Numbered from the stretch's first letter, positions 17,801 through 28,536 are shown. The stretch is 37,835 bases of DNA from an uncultured Acidimicrobiales bacterium (GCA_943788915.1 CALSSD010000015.1:1-37835), one strand, 5' to 3'. The notes: a model not told the origin generated them from the sequence alone. Program-made: numbers and translations.

Positions 17801-19500
17801 CTACTGCAGGTTGTTCAATCCGGCGATAGACGTGGCGGTCACCACCCCAACCGGTCGCCCAGTTTCGTCGAGCACCGCTACGGCAGCGGTGTTGTAGTCG
17901 CTCATCGCCTTGGCCGCCTCGATCGCTGGCGTGTCGTGGGTGACCGCCGGTATGTCGCGCATGATCAGATGCACCTCTGCGTCCATGCCGTGCTCCATCA
18001 GGCACGGGGCGATATCGGCCAACACCAGCAAGCCGCGATACTCGTCGTCGAAGACGGCGATGACGCCCAAGCCCGAGCTCTCATCGATCGCATCCACGAC
18101 CTCGAGCAGTGACAGGTTCGGCGCCACAAAGTCCGTGTTTGGAACGGTGACCTGTTGGGTGGCCATAGCGAAGTCGGGCTTCGAGCTGACCACCCCGTTC
18201 GTCGACCTGGCCGGTCGACACCGACACATCGCCCATCAGCGACTGCGACACAGCAGTGGCGATGAGCGCTGGGATCACGAACTCGGCGCGGCCCGTGGTC
18301 TCGGCCACGAACATGACCGCAGCGAGCGGTGTCCGATATCCGGCACCCAACACGGCAGCGAGCCCGATTACTGGGTAGAGACCGTTGGACGGCGCATCGA
18401 AGATGACCTCGACCACGCGCCCCAGCAACAACCCTTGCACGACGAGCGGGATGAACACGCCGCCGACACCGCCAGCGCCCAACGTGACCGAAGTCGCCAG
18501 CGCCCGGATGACGAACAGCCCCATGATCACCCAGACCGAGATTGTGGGGTCCAGCACGATGTCCACAATCGACTCAGCACCTGGACCGAGCGTCACCGGG
18601 ATGTCGACCAGTTGATCGGTGACCAGCACCGCCGCTGCCAACGACGCCGCGGCCACGGGCAGCCGCACGCTCATCGGAGCGATCTTGCCCGCGCTCTTGG
18701 CGAAGTGGAACAGGGCGGCGATGCCCCGGGCTGCGACACCCGCAAAGAGCCCGATGACCACTGCTCCAATGACCTCGTCGGTCAGCGGGACCTCGGTCGG
18801 CTGGATGAATAACAGTCGATTGGATCCAAGAATGATCACGAACGTGATGTACGCCGCTGCTGACGCGACCAGAGCCGGAATCAGCGCATGTTTCGCGATG
18901 TCACGCCGAAACGGTGTTTCCAGTGCGAACAACACGCCGGTTGCTGGGGCTCGGAACACGGCGGCGACTGCTGCCGCCGCACCCGCAGCTAGCAGTAGTC
19001 GGTGGTTGCGGCCGCCCAGCACCTTCAGCTCCCGCCGCCCCAGCAACTGGCCTAGGTTGGCTCCGGCATAGATGACCGGACCTTCAAGTCCCGCCGCGCC
19101 ACCAAAACCGACAGTGGTCAGTGCACCGGCCAATTTGGGGCCCATACGTTTTGGCTCGAGCTCCGTGCTTCCGTGGAACGCTTCCACATAACTGTCCGAC
19201 GTCGTCGGTTTCGTGTTCCAGCCGACGCGCAAGATGATCGCCGTCAGCATCAACCCAATCCCTGGAGCCAGGACCTGCACCCAAAGCGGCGCCTCGATGA
19301 GCGCATGCAAGATCTGCTCGATCGCCAACCATTCGATCCCGACCACGACCGCGCCCACAGCCACACCAAGTGCGGCGTACACCAGGAAGCGCCCGACACC
19401 CTCGACCCCTTCGCTCGTTGACTCAATGCTGGTGTCGCGGGTTCGACGAAGAACATGTCGCCAGTTCGTCGTGGCGATTGGTTGCGTCAGGCTGGGACAT
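17801..19500 (-). CDS. CLC-family chloride channel/transporter with C-terminal CBS pair; frameshift at ~18170; start uncertain (ATG 19500 needs another frameshift, in-frame GTG at 19382)
   Basis: GG.AGLEGP, AGAAAAVAAVFRAPATGVLFALE, GGVGGVFIP, RTPLAAVMFVAETTG. A CBS-like tail (Y.GL....DI; VLDETGRPVGVVT) follows in the shifted frame. Confidence 0.88.
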
Positions 19501-19542
19501 GTACGCCCGAGCTTACGTGCCTAATGCTCGTAGCATCTTGTC

Positions 19543-20786
19543 ATGGCACCTTCAGACTCCAGCGACCGCCGACTCGACATTGTGGTGTTTGGTGCAACCA
19601 GTTTCGTCGGACAGATTTTGTGCGCGTATCTTGCCCGGCGTCACGGTGTCGACGGCCCGCTCAAATGGGCGATCGCAGGCCGCAACCCGGACAAACTTGA
19701 TGCCGCTGCGGTCGACACCGGTGCCGATGTTGAGCAGATCATCGCCGATGCATCCGATGCCGAAGCAATGGCTCGTTTGGTGGCTGACACTCGGGTCGTC
19801 ATTTCGACCGTTGGTCCGTATGCCTTGTATGGCAGCGAACTCGTGGCTGCCGCTGCCGCCGCAGGAACCGACTACTGCGATCTCACGGGTGAACCTCAGT
19901 GGATGCAGAAGATGATCGTTGCCCATGGCGAAACTGCGGCTGCGAACGGTGCCCGCATCGTGCACACCTGCGGCTTCGACTCCATCCCGTCGGATTTGGG
20001 CGTTTGGTACACCCAGCAACAAGCCCAAGAGCACCTCGGCACCCACTGTTCCAAGATCGCCATGCGGGTGAAGGCCATGAAAGGTGGGGCCAGCGGCGGC
20101 ACCATCGCCAGTGCGATGAACGTGATGGACGAGGTCTCGAAGGACCCGGCGCTTCGCAAAGTCCTGGCCAACCCCTACGCCCTCGCCCCCGCTCGACATG
20201 CGCACCGGACCCAAACAACCAAACGTCACCATTCCCACGAACAACGATCCCTCGGGGCAATGGGTCGCTCCGTTCGTGATGGCCTCGGTAAACACCCGCG
20301 TCGTGCAGCGCTCCCACGCATCTGCTCGGGCGGCCTTGGGGCGACGACTTCCTCTACGACGAGGCGATGATCATGGGCGACGGCCCCGTGGGCGCAGCCA
20401 AGGCTGCGATGACTGCACTGGCGGCCTCGGCGGGTTCATGGCCGCAGCCTCGGTCGAGACCCATCCGGTCCCTGCTGAACAGCTATGTCTTACCCAAGCC
20501 CGGAACCGGACCAAGCCTCGACAAACAACAAGGCCGGCTTCTATGACCTGCGTTTCTTCGGCGAGACCGCCGATGGCCAGACGATCGTCACCAAGGTCAC
20601 CGGCGATGCTGATCCTGGCTACGGATCGACCGCCAAGATGCTCGGCGAAGCAGCGGTCGCATTGCTCGAACTCGACCACGCAACCACGCCGGGCGGCTTC
20701 CACACACCAACCACGGCATTCGGAGACGACTTGATCGAGCGGCTGGTCGAACATGCCGGCCTGTCACGTTTAGCGTCATCGACTGA
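19543..20786 (+). CDS. Saccharopine-dehydrogenase-like / trans-acting enoyl reductase family oxidoreductase; about six frameshifts between 20190 and 20770
   Basis: DIVVFGATSFVG, WAIAGRN, STVGPYALYG, YCDLTGE, CGFDSIPSDLG, SGGT; then across frames APFVMA.VNTRVV.RS, F.YDE, LPKPG.GP, DPGYGSTAKMLGE, GGF.TP. Confidence 0.85.
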
Positions 20787-20816
20787 CCCCGAGATCACAC
20801 AGAGGAACCAGCCTCA

Positions 20817-21677
20817 ATGGAAATCGCCGTCACTACCGCCTTCTCGCATCACACCCCTGTCGACTACATCGCGGGAGCAGCCCAGCGCATCGAAGCCGGC
20901 GGTTTCGCTGCCGTCTGGGTGCCGGAACATGTGTTGTTCTTTCCTGACTATGCGTCGTCGTACCCGTACTCTGACGATGGCAAGGTCCCGGGTAATCCCG
21001 ATGGCGTGCTCGATCCATTCACGGTGCTCACCTTTGTCGCCGCGCATACATCGACGCTGCGACTGGGCACCGGCATCTGTCTGGTGCCGCAACGCCAACC
21101 CGTCTACACCGCCAAGATGGTTGCTGACCTGGACTATTTGTCGCAGGGACGAGTCGACTTCGGTATCGGCATCGGCTGGCTCGAGGAAGAATTCGATGCT
21201 CTCGGCCTGGACTTCAGCGCTCGAGCCGCCCGGTGCAACGAATACATCGCTGCCATGAAGGCATTGTGGGGAGCCGACCCGGTCACTTTTTCTGGTGAAA
21301 CCGTGTCCATCACCAATGCACAGTCCAATCCCAAGCCGGTGCAGTCGCCTCACCCCCCGATCTTTGTGGGCGGCGAAAGCACACCCGCCTTGCGCCGCGT
21401 TGCGGCCTTCGCCGACGGCTGGTACGGCTATGGCGTTGCCCCTGAGGCCATTGCAGACCACCTGTCACGACTCGACGAACACCTCGCCGCAGCCGGCCGT
21501 ACCCGATCAGAGATCAAGGTGTACGTCTGCCCGAATAGGCTTCGGGTCAACCCCGACATCGCCGCGGCGTATGCCCAGGCTGGGGTCGATCAGCTGATCA
21601 TGCCACTGTTCGCCTCAGGACTCGACGACCTCGACCGCCGCATCGACGCAGTACACACCGCTGCAGGAATGAGCTGA
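20817..21677 (+). CDS. LLM-class (probably F420-dependent) oxidoreductase
   Basis: GF..VWVPEHV, YPY..DG, DPF..L.F.AA.T..LRLGTGI..VPQR.P, LD.LS.GR..FG.G.GWL.EEF, PKPVQ.PHPPI.VGG. Confidence 0.9.
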   Translation: MEIAVTTAFSHHTPVDYIAGAAQRIEAGGFAAVWVPEHVLFFPDYASSYPYSDDGKVPGNPDGVLDPFTVLTFVAAHTSTLRLGTGICLVPQRQPVYTAKMVADLDYLSQGRVDFGIGIGWLEEEFDALGLDFSARAARCNEYIAAMKALWGADPVTFSGETVSITNAQSNPKPVQSPHPPIFVGGESTPALRRVAAFADGWYGYGVAPEAIADHLSRLDEHLAAAGRTRSEIKVYVCPNRLRVNPDIAAAYAQAGVDQLIMPLFASGLDDLDRRIDAVHTAAGMS

Positions 21678-21679
21678 CC

Positions 21680-22360
21680 ATGGCCCACGATCGCCACAAC
21701 CATGACCATCAACACGGGGGTCATCAACACGGCAATCCCCGTGATCGCGAACTGAAAGCGATCTTTCGGTACCTCAAGATCGCACCTCGCATGTGGCGCT
21801 CCGAAGTCAACGATGCCGTGGTCGATCTCATCGACCCCCGACCGGGCGAGACCGTGATCGACATCGGCGCAGGTATGGGACCTGGTGTCATGCGAGCTGC
21901 AGCGAGCGGCGCGGAAGTCCTTGCGATTGATCCAACACCGTTCATGCGCACGGTTATGAGCGGCCGACGCTGGTTTTCCCGGCGACGCAAACCAATTCGC
22001 GTGCTCGACGGAGCCGTCGAGGCGCTGCCGGCAGGTGATCATGAGGTTGATGCCTTATGGTCGGTCAACACCATGCATCATTGGAGCAGCGTTGCCGACG
22101 GGGCCGTCGAGATTGCACGGGTGCTGGCCCCAGGCGGGCGCATCGTATTGGTCGACGAAGATTTCTCGGATCCTCGTCACCCCAATTCCGAGGAATGGCA
22201 CAAGCGCCATGGCGAAGACAGCCATCATGGCTTCTCAATGGTCGATGCCTCCGAGATGGGTGATTTGATGACCGGCGCTGGACTTGTCGACGTGGTCGCT
22301 GAGCAACGTGACATGGCGGGTCGGCCCGTTATTGCTGTGACGGCCCGCGGGCCCAACTAG
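21680..22360 (+). CDS. Class I SAM-dependent methyltransferase with His-rich N-terminus
   Basis: VIDIGAGMG, AIDP, E.LP, HHW, E..RVL.PGG. Confidence 0.9.
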   Translation: MAHDRHNHDHQHGGHQHGNPRDRELKAIFRYLKIAPRMWRSEVNDAVVDLIDPRPGETVIDIGAGMGPGVMRAAASGAEVLAIDPTPFMRTVMSGRRWFSRRRKPIRVLDGAVEALPAGDHEVDALWSVNTMHHWSSVADGAVEIARVLAPGGRIVLVDEDFSDPRHPNSEEWHKRHGEDSHHGFSMVDASEMGDLMTGAGLVDVVAEQRDMAGRPVIAVTARGPN

Positions 22361-22468
22361 GTCACGCAGCTACTCGGTCGCTCCGTCGGTGCCTGACCGC
22401 ACGTGGTGGGGCAATTCCGCTGCCCTCGTTGCTGGTGACTCGCATCGTTGGCGAGTAACTTCGCAGGT

Positions 22469-23243
22469 ATGGCAAGTTCATTGGTCCTGGTCGAAACCCA
22501 AGCGGATGGCGCGGTTCGTGTCGTCACCCTCAATCGGCCCGAAAAACGCAACGCGCTGAACGCGGAGATGCTGGCCGAGATCCAGGCGCTCTTCACTAGC
22601 TGAGCCTTCGGCCGACGAACGGGTCACGGTCATTCGAGCGATCGGCAAATCGTTCTGTGCCGGTGTCGACTTGAAGGAACGAGACACAAACGGTATGGCT
22701 GGCAGCGCATCCGCCATCGAGGAGATGTTGCATTCGGTGGCCATGTACCCGCTCCCTGTTATTGCCGTGGTCCAAGGCGATGCGATCGCCGGTGGTAACG
22801 AACTGGCATTGCACTGTGATCTGGTTGTGGCCTCAGACGCAGCCCGTTTCGGCATGTCGCTCGCCCAGATCGGATTGGCGCCTACCTGGTTCTTGGCCAA
22901 CAAGATCATGGAAGTCGGCGGTCCAGTCTTTGCCCGAGAGATGCTGCTGATTGGTGATCCGGTGTCGTCGACTCGTATGGCTGACCTTGGCATGATCTTG
23001 CGAGCAGTACCAGCAGCGGAACTCCCGTCAGACGCTCAGGTGCTGATCGACCGGCTGGCAGCCAATGCTCCACTGAGCTTGCGGGCGATGAAAGCCGTGC
23101 TGACCCGGCAGATGCAGTTCCGCGATGGAATCGAACACGCCGATGTCGACGCCATGGTCGAGGCCGCCCGCCAGAGCCAAGATGCGAAACGTGGCATTGC
23201 TGCCCGGCTAGCTGGGGGCACCGCCAGCTTCGAAGGCAACTAG
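22469..23243 (+). CDS. Enoyl-CoA hydratase/isomerase family protein; 1-nt frameshift at ~22598
   Basis: MASSLVLVET..GAVRVVTLNRPEKRNALN, then in the shifted frame FCAGVDLKE, PVIAVVQGDAIAGGNELALHCDLVVA. Confidence 0.88.
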
Positions 23244-23248
23244 TTGCC

Positions 23249-24142
23249 TCAGCCTTCGGGTGGCACCACCCGGTGGAGGAAATCGACGACGGCCCCAGAG
23301 AAGACGTCGTTGCGATCACCGGCCACCATGTGGGCTGCACCGGTCACGTTCACATATTCGGCATGAGGACATTGCTGCAGGAATGACTGTGCGCCCTCTT
23401 CGGTCAGGACATCAGACAGGCCACCTCGCACCAGCAGCACCGGCAGATTCAGGTTGTCGGCAGCACGTTCGAGACTCTGACGATATTCGCTCATGTCCCA
23501 CGTGCGATTGCGGCGACGAGGGTCCCAGTGCCAGTGATACTTGCCGTCGGAACCCAACCGAATGTTTTTGGCGAGGCCGTCGAGGTTTCGAGGTCGGGTG
23601 CGCTGTGGCTGGTAGCTAGCGATGGCGTCGGCGACCTCGTCGAGCGAATCGAACCCGTCGGGCTTCTGGTCCATGAACGCCTTGATCCTGTCCGAGCCCT
23701 CGGGTTCGATACGGGGGGCAATGTCGACCATCACCATGGCTGCGGCATGGAGTCGGCCGGTACCGACAGCGAGCAAACTCGTGCTGCCACCCATCGACGC
23801 TCCGACCAGGATCGGCTGTTGCGCGCCGATTGAATCGACAACGGCCAGCAGATCCTGCACATTCATCTCGGGTTCGTACGCTGCGTCCTCAGCCCAGTCT
23901 GAGTCGCCATGGCCACGTGAATCCATCGCGATTGCGTAGTAGCCGGCATTGCCCAACGTCTCGCCTGCGCCACGCCATGCGTGCCGTGTTTGGCCGCCGC
24001 CATGTTGCAGGATCACAACCCGGCCGTTTGGGTCGCCCCAAGCGTCGCCCCGGATGGTCACACCGTTCGCACCCTGCCATTCATGCATAGGCACCGGCGT
24101 GCCCGGCAACCGTGTGCGTTCGAAGATCTCGCTACCTGTCAT
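23249..24142 (-). CDS. Alpha/beta hydrolase
   Basis: HGGGQTRHAW, D.RGHGDS, GASMGG nucleophile elbow, WHWDP, AAHMVAGDRND.F. Confidence 0.92.
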   Translation of the reverse strand: MTGSEIFERTRLPGTPVPMHEWQGANGVTIRGDAWGDPNGRVVILQHGGGQTRHAWRGAGETLGNAGYYAIAMDSRGHGDSDWAEDAAYEPEMNVQDLLAVVDSIGAQQPILVGASMGGSTSLLAVGTGRLHAAAMVMVDIAPRIEPEGSDRIKAFMDQKPDGFDSLDEVADAIASYQPQRTRPRNLDGLAKNIRLGSDGKYHWHWDPRRRNRTWDMSEYRQSLERAADNLNLPVLLVRGGLSDVLTEEGAQSFLQQCPHAEYVNVTGAAHMVAGDRNDVFSGAVVDFLHRVVPPEG

Positions 24143-24235
24143 GGGTCAACCATGATGGCCCGGCCACGCCGACAACAAATCCCCTGCACGGCGCCGGACT
24201 TCTCCGCTAGACGTGACCCGAGTATGTTCAGTCGG

Positions 24236-24595
24236 ATGGGGATGCGGATGACGAAACCATTGGTCGAATTGACCAGCGCTGTGATCGAGGCGCTGCCAGC
24301 CCAGCTTGGCGTGTACGAGATCGTCGACGACACGGGTACCACCGTGAAGATCGGTTACGCCGGTGGGAACGAACCGTTTGGTATGCGCACTGCGTTGGAG
24401 CGCGAGCTCGGACCTGATCGCGAGATCGAACACGCGCTTCGATTCCGCCACGAGTTCACCCATGGTTACCTGACCCGTTCACAGGAGTTGCTCATGATCT
24501 ACCAAGCCGACCATGGTCAGCTGCCGTCAGGTAATGCCCGTCATGAGGGCACCCTCGGGCGACTCAGCCCACTTCCCGAAGCCGGAGGCAACTAA
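24236..24595 (+). CDS. Small hypothetical protein with GIY-YIG-like N-terminal pattern (start could be 24224-24248)
   Basis: LPAQLGVYEI.D..G....IGYAGG...FG.R..L ... ELL......HG.LP.GN; its stop overlaps the next ATG (TAATG). Confidence 0.7.
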   Translation: MGMRMTKPLVELTSAVIEALPAQLGVYEIVDDTGTTVKIGYAGGNEPFGMRTALERELGPDREIEHALRFRHEFTHGYLTRSQELLMIYQADHGQLPSGNARHEGTLGRLSPLPEAGGN

Positions 24596-25761
24596 TGGAC
24601 CTGATGTTGAGTGATGAGCAGCAGTTGATCGTGGACACCGTGCGGCGGTATGTGCAGGAAGAAATCGTTCCGCTCGAGGCCGACCTCGATCCTGATGCGG
24701 GTGAACTCCACCCCGATGACCAGGCCCGGCTCATCGAGAAGACTCGGCAAATGGGCTTCTATGGCCTCGACATTCCTAAAGAGTTCGGCGGCCCAGGCAT
24801 CGATGTCACCACCCGAGCGCTCATGGCGATCGAGATGAGCCAGCATCGGGCTGGTTTGTACAACCCGTGTTACGGCACGTTCGGCGGCGCCGGCCTGGCC
24901 CAGCTCTACGAGGCGACCGACGAGCAGAAGGAGCGGTACCTCTTCCCCACCCTGCGGGGCGAGAAGAAGGGCTGCTTCGCTCTAACCGAACCTTCGGGCG
25001 GCAGCGACCCGGCTCGAGCGATCCAGACCCGCGGCGTGCAAGACGGCGACGAATGGATTCTGAACGGCAGCAAGTTGTACATCAGCGGCGCGGACAAGGC
25101 CGACTTTGCGTTGGTATTCGCTCGCACATCCGATGATCCTGGCCGCAATGGCGTCACCGCGTTCATCGTGGACACCGACACGCCCGGTTTCCATGTTCGA
25201 CGAGTGGTGCACACGCTGCGGTCCACCCACTACGCGACTGAAATTCAGTTCGACGAAATGCGAGTGCCCGCATCGAACATTCTGGGCGAGCTCAACCGTG
25301 GCTTCGCCATCGCCAACGATCGACTAAGTCGGCAACGAATCCCCTATGCCGCTGGTTGTTTGGGCGCTGCAATCAAGGCGCAAGAAATGGCGATTGATTG
25401 GGCGAAGAACCGGGAAGCGTTTGGAGGCCTACTGGCCGAGAAACAGGCCATCCAGTGGATGATCGTCGACAACGAGATCGATATCCGCCATGCTCGTTAC
25501 TGCATCCTCGAAGCCGCCCAGAAAGCCGACCGAGGTGAACGTTTCCGCACCGAAGCAGCCATGGCCAAACTCGTCGCCAGCGAAGGTTCGGGCCGGGTCG
25601 TCGACCGAGCAATCCAGATCCATGGCGGCGTGGGTGTCACCAAGGACTTACCGCTCGAACGTTGGTACCGAGAGCTACGGATCCGCCGCATCGGCGAAGG
25701 ACCGAGCGAAGTTCAGCGGCTCATCATGGCCCGCGAGATCCTAGGAGGAAGTTTTAAATGA
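24595..25761 (+). CDS. Acyl-CoA dehydrogenase
   Basis: IP.EFGG.G, FALTEP.GGSD, LNGSK.YISGA, R.AFG, AAMAK, QIHGG.G, RIGEGPSEVQR. Confidence 0.95.
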   Translation: MDLMLSDEQQLIVDTVRRYVQEEIVPLEADLDPDAGELHPDDQARLIEKTRQMGFYGLDIPKEFGGPGIDVTTRALMAIEMSQHRAGLYNPCYGTFGGAGLAQLYEATDEQKERYLFPTLRGEKKGCFALTEPSGGSDPARAIQTRGVQDGDEWILNGSKLYISGADKADFALVFARTSDDPGRNGVTAFIVDTDTPGFHVRRVVHTLRSTHYATEIQFDEMRVPASNILGELNRGFAIANDRLSRQRIPYAAGCLGAAIKAQEMAIDWAKNREAFGGLLAEKQAIQWMIVDNEIDIRHARYCILEAAQKADRGERFRTEAAMAKLVASEGSGRVVDRAIQIHGGVGVTKDLPLERWYRELRIRRIGEGPSEVQRLIMAREILGGSFK

Positions 25762-26783
25762 CCGGATTGATTGATGTCCATGGCCACGTCGTGCTCGAGG
25801 GCTCGCTCGGGGCAGCTGGCCCGGTGTGTGGCCCCGAACTCGGGGCGTACGAAGACGGCACGACCTGGTTCCGTGTTGGTGACTGGCGCCTCGACGGCGT
25901 GCCGTATCGCGAGTCATTGTTCATGCAGGTAGGCATGCGCCTCGATGCCATGGATGCTGCCGGCATTCGGGTGCAGGCGCTGTCACCCAATCCGCTGACC
26001 TATTTGCACTTCATCCCCGCAGCTGATGCGATCAACTACTGCCGAGCACACAACGACGACCTAGCGTCGATTGTTGCCGGACATCCCGATCGATTCGTTG
26101 GGCTCGCGTCACTTCCGATGCAGGACATCGACGCTGCCATCGCCGAATTAGATCGGTGTGTCAATGAGCTCGGATTACTCGGTTCCTACACCGGTACCGA
26201 CTTCGGCATCCACCTCGACGATGCCAAACTCGATCCGTTCTTCGAAGCGTGTGTCGAGCTCGATGTTCCGTGGTTCCTGCATCCCGCACCGACCGGGCTC
26301 GATGGCCCGTTGCGCGATGACCGCATGACCCGGTTCAGCCTGGAACTCGTTGCCGAGTTCTCGCTCGAAGAGATGCTTGCTGTTGCCATCTTGGTCTTCG
26401 GCGGTGTGTCTCGACGCCACCCTGATCTCGACATCTGTATCTCCCACGGTGGAGGTTCGTTCCCCATGCACCGGGCCAAGATCCGTAAACTGGCGGAGCG
26501 TCGTCCATCCTCCCCTGATTGGATCAAGGAGCCCGGGGCCTTCGACGCTGCCGTCGATCGGCTGTGGTTCGATTGCCACACCAACGGGCATGCCGAGTTC
26601 GCGTTTGTGGCTGAACAGCTTGGCACCGAGCAGCTTGTCTTCGGCACCGACTTTGGCGGCTGCGATGGTGGCACCACCGATCATGTCGACGATCTCACAA
26701 ACACGCTGAACTACAACGCAGCCCGGCTATTGCGACTCGACAAACGAGCGCCCCATCTAGTCGTTGGTCACGCCCAGGCCTAG
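25758..26783 (+). CDS. Amidohydrolase-2 family metal-dependent hydrolase/decarboxylase (ACMSD-like)
   Basis: IDVHGH, HND.LA, P.RF.GLA.LPMQD, FLHP, SHGGG..P, FGTDF. Confidence 0.9.
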   Translation: MTGLIDVHGHVVLEGSLGAAGPVCGPELGAYEDGTTWFRVGDWRLDGVPYRESLFMQVGMRLDAMDAAGIRVQALSPNPLTYLHFIPAADAINYCRAHNDDLASIVAGHPDRFVGLASLPMQDIDAAIAELDRCVNELGLLGSYTGTDFGIHLDDAKLDPFFEACVELDVPWFLHPAPTGLDGPLRDDRMTRFSLELVAEFSLEEMLAVAILVFGGVSRRHPDLDICISHGGGSFPMHRAKIRKLAERRPSSPDWIKEPGAFDAAVDRLWFDCHTNGHAEFAFVAEQLGTEQLVFGTDFGGCDGGTTDHVDDLTNTLNYNAARLLRLDKRAPHLVVGHAQA

Positions 26784-27518
26784 TCCCCCGTCGACGGTCA
26801 ACACATTGCCGGTCGACCAATCAGCCCGTACGAGATACTCGAATGCTTCGGCGATCTCTTGCACCGTGTCGATACGCCCGAGCGCGTGCATCGAACCCAT
26901 ACCATCGCGCCGTTCACGCTGCTCGTCGGCTGTCGTGACTCCTGCTCGCACATTGATCTCGGTCAGCACCGCTCCCGGCCGCACACAACTCACCCGAATG
27001 TTGTCCTTGCCGAGTTCGGCAGCGAGTACACCAGTGAGCGCTTCGAGCGCACCCTTGGTGGCGGCGTAGGGCGATACGTTCGGGAACGCCCGTTGGGTAT
27101 GGACCGACCCAACAAAGACGATGCATCCGTGGGTGTCAACTAGGTGGTCGTGGGCTTGTTTGCACAACATCATGCCTGCCACCACATTGGTGTTGAAGAC
27201 GTCGAGCAACTGCTGCTCGTCGAAGTCGACCACATCATTGCGGTGCATGTTGCCAGCGTTCGAGATCAGGGCATCGAGCTTGCTGCCATGGTCAACAGCT
27301 CCGTCGACCATCCGCTCTCGGTCAGCTGCGCTGGCGACCTCACCCACCACGACATGGCAGTTGTCGCCCAACCTCGACGCGACCGCCTGTAGTGACTCTT
27401 CACGGCGACCGCTGATCGCGACCCGTGCGCCCTGGTGCACGAAGTGTTTCGCTGCCCCTGCACCGATAGCGGAACCGCCACCGGTGATCAACACCGACGT
27501 GCCGTTGATCTCTCGCAC
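26757..27518 (-). CDS. SDR oxidoreductase
   Basis: GTG start MREINGTSVLITGGGSAIG; SNAG; YAATK; IRV.CV.PG; TG.VL.VDGG. Confidence 0.88.
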   Translation of the reverse strand: MREINGTSVLITGGGSAIGAGAAKHFVHQGARVAISGRREESLQAVASRLGDNCHVVVGEVASAADRERMVDGAVDHGSKLDALISNAGNMHRNDVVDFDEQQLLDVFNTNVVAGMMLCKQAHDHLVDTHGCIVFVGSVHTQRAFPNVSPYAATKGALEALTGVLAAELGKDNIRVSCVRPGAVLTEINVRAGVTTADEQRERRDGMGSMHALGRIDTVQEIAEAFEYLVRADWSTGNVLTVDGGLGLGVTND

Positions 27519-27525
27519 GTTTGGC

Positions 27526-28536
27526 TTAGTCGCCCATGTTGATGCGATAGGCACGAGCGGCGGTCCCAGCGAACAGATCGGCCTGCTCGAGTGGGGAATA
27601 CCCATCGGCCATGATCTGCATGGCATTCCATAACACCGCGTAGGGCAATGACTGTCGATCGACGGGAAAGTTCGACTCAAACATGCAACGGTTCGGGCCG
27701 AACGTGTCGATGACCCACCGGATGTCATCGATGAAGTACGCCGCGACTTCTTCCGACGACGGAGGGCGTTCCAACTGGCTCCAACCGGTGCCAAAGGCAT
27801 TGTCCATGCCAATGCCGCCAACCTTGAGCACGATGTTCGGGCACGCTGCCGCTGCGGACATCGCATCTTTCCACTCGGTCTTGATCTTGTCACGCTGCTC
27901 GCTATAGGTCCCCACGCCGAGCCGTCCACCGAGATGATCCAAGATGATTGTGAGGTCGGGCACGGCCCGAGCGAGTTCTACGAGTTCGGCGATCTGGTGG
28001 TGGTACAACCACGAGTCGAAACTGAAACCCATCGACGCCAGCGTGCGGGCGCCAGCTACGAACTCGGGCGAGCGCATCATGTGTTGGAAGCTTCCGGTGT
28101 GCGCATTGTGCGCATCTGGGTCCTCATCCCATGGCGTGGCATGGCGGATTCCACGGAACAACCCGGCGCCAGCCTTGTCGTGAGCAGCGAGCACCTCGGC
28201 GACTGCGTCGCCCTGAAGTAGGTCAGCGTGGCTCACGATGGCCCTGATATCTGCGCCATCGCGTTCTGCCATCTCTGCCGCTTCACCAGCAACAAATCGG
28301 GTCTCGCCGACCGGGGCCATGTGAGGTTCGGCGTCTCGGTCCCATTTGGAACGACACTCAACAAACACGGTGTGTGTCACGTTGTGGGTGCTGCCGGTGT
28401 CCGCGAGAAGTTCATTGGCAAGATAGGTGCTGTCATTCCGGTTCCACAGATGGTGGTGCGGGTCAACTATCTGCTGAGAGGGATCGATGGCCGCTTCTGT
28501 GCGGAGCGCCAGCCATTCGAATCGATCAAGGTCCAT
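27526..28536 (-). CDS. Amidohydrolase family protein (lactonase-like)
   Basis: IVDPHHHLW, TVFVEC, PVGET.FV, FRGIRH, SFD.W.YH.Q, LDHLGG, FGP.RCMFESNFPVD. Confidence 0.9.
   Translation of the reverse strand: MDLDRFEWLALRTEAAIDPSQQIVDPHHHLWNRNDSTYLANELLADTGSTHNVTHTVFVECRSKWDRDAEPHMAPVGETRFVAGEAAEMAERDGADIRAIVSHADLLQGDAVAEVLAAHDKAGAGLFRGIRHATPWDEDPDAHNAHTGSFQHMMRSPEFVAGARTLASMGFSFDSWLYHHQIAELVELARAVPDLTIILDHLGGRLGVGTYSEQRDKIKTEWKDAMSAAAACPNIVLKVGGIGMDNAFGTGWSQLERPPSSEEVAAYFIDDIRWVIDTFGPNRCMFESNFPVDRQSLPYAVLWNAMQIMADGYSPLEQADLFAGTAARAYRINMGD

Noticed and set aside
19543..20786. Programmed frameshifting or phase variation as the cause of broken ORFs
   Set aside because: There are no consistent slippery sites or repeat tracts, and the indels are scattered across unrelated enzymes; sequencing error is simpler.
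27519..27929. Long N-terminal extension of the SDR (390-aa ORF)
   Set aside because: It overlaps the amidohydrolase in another frame; the SDR Rossmann motif starts right after the GTG at 27518.
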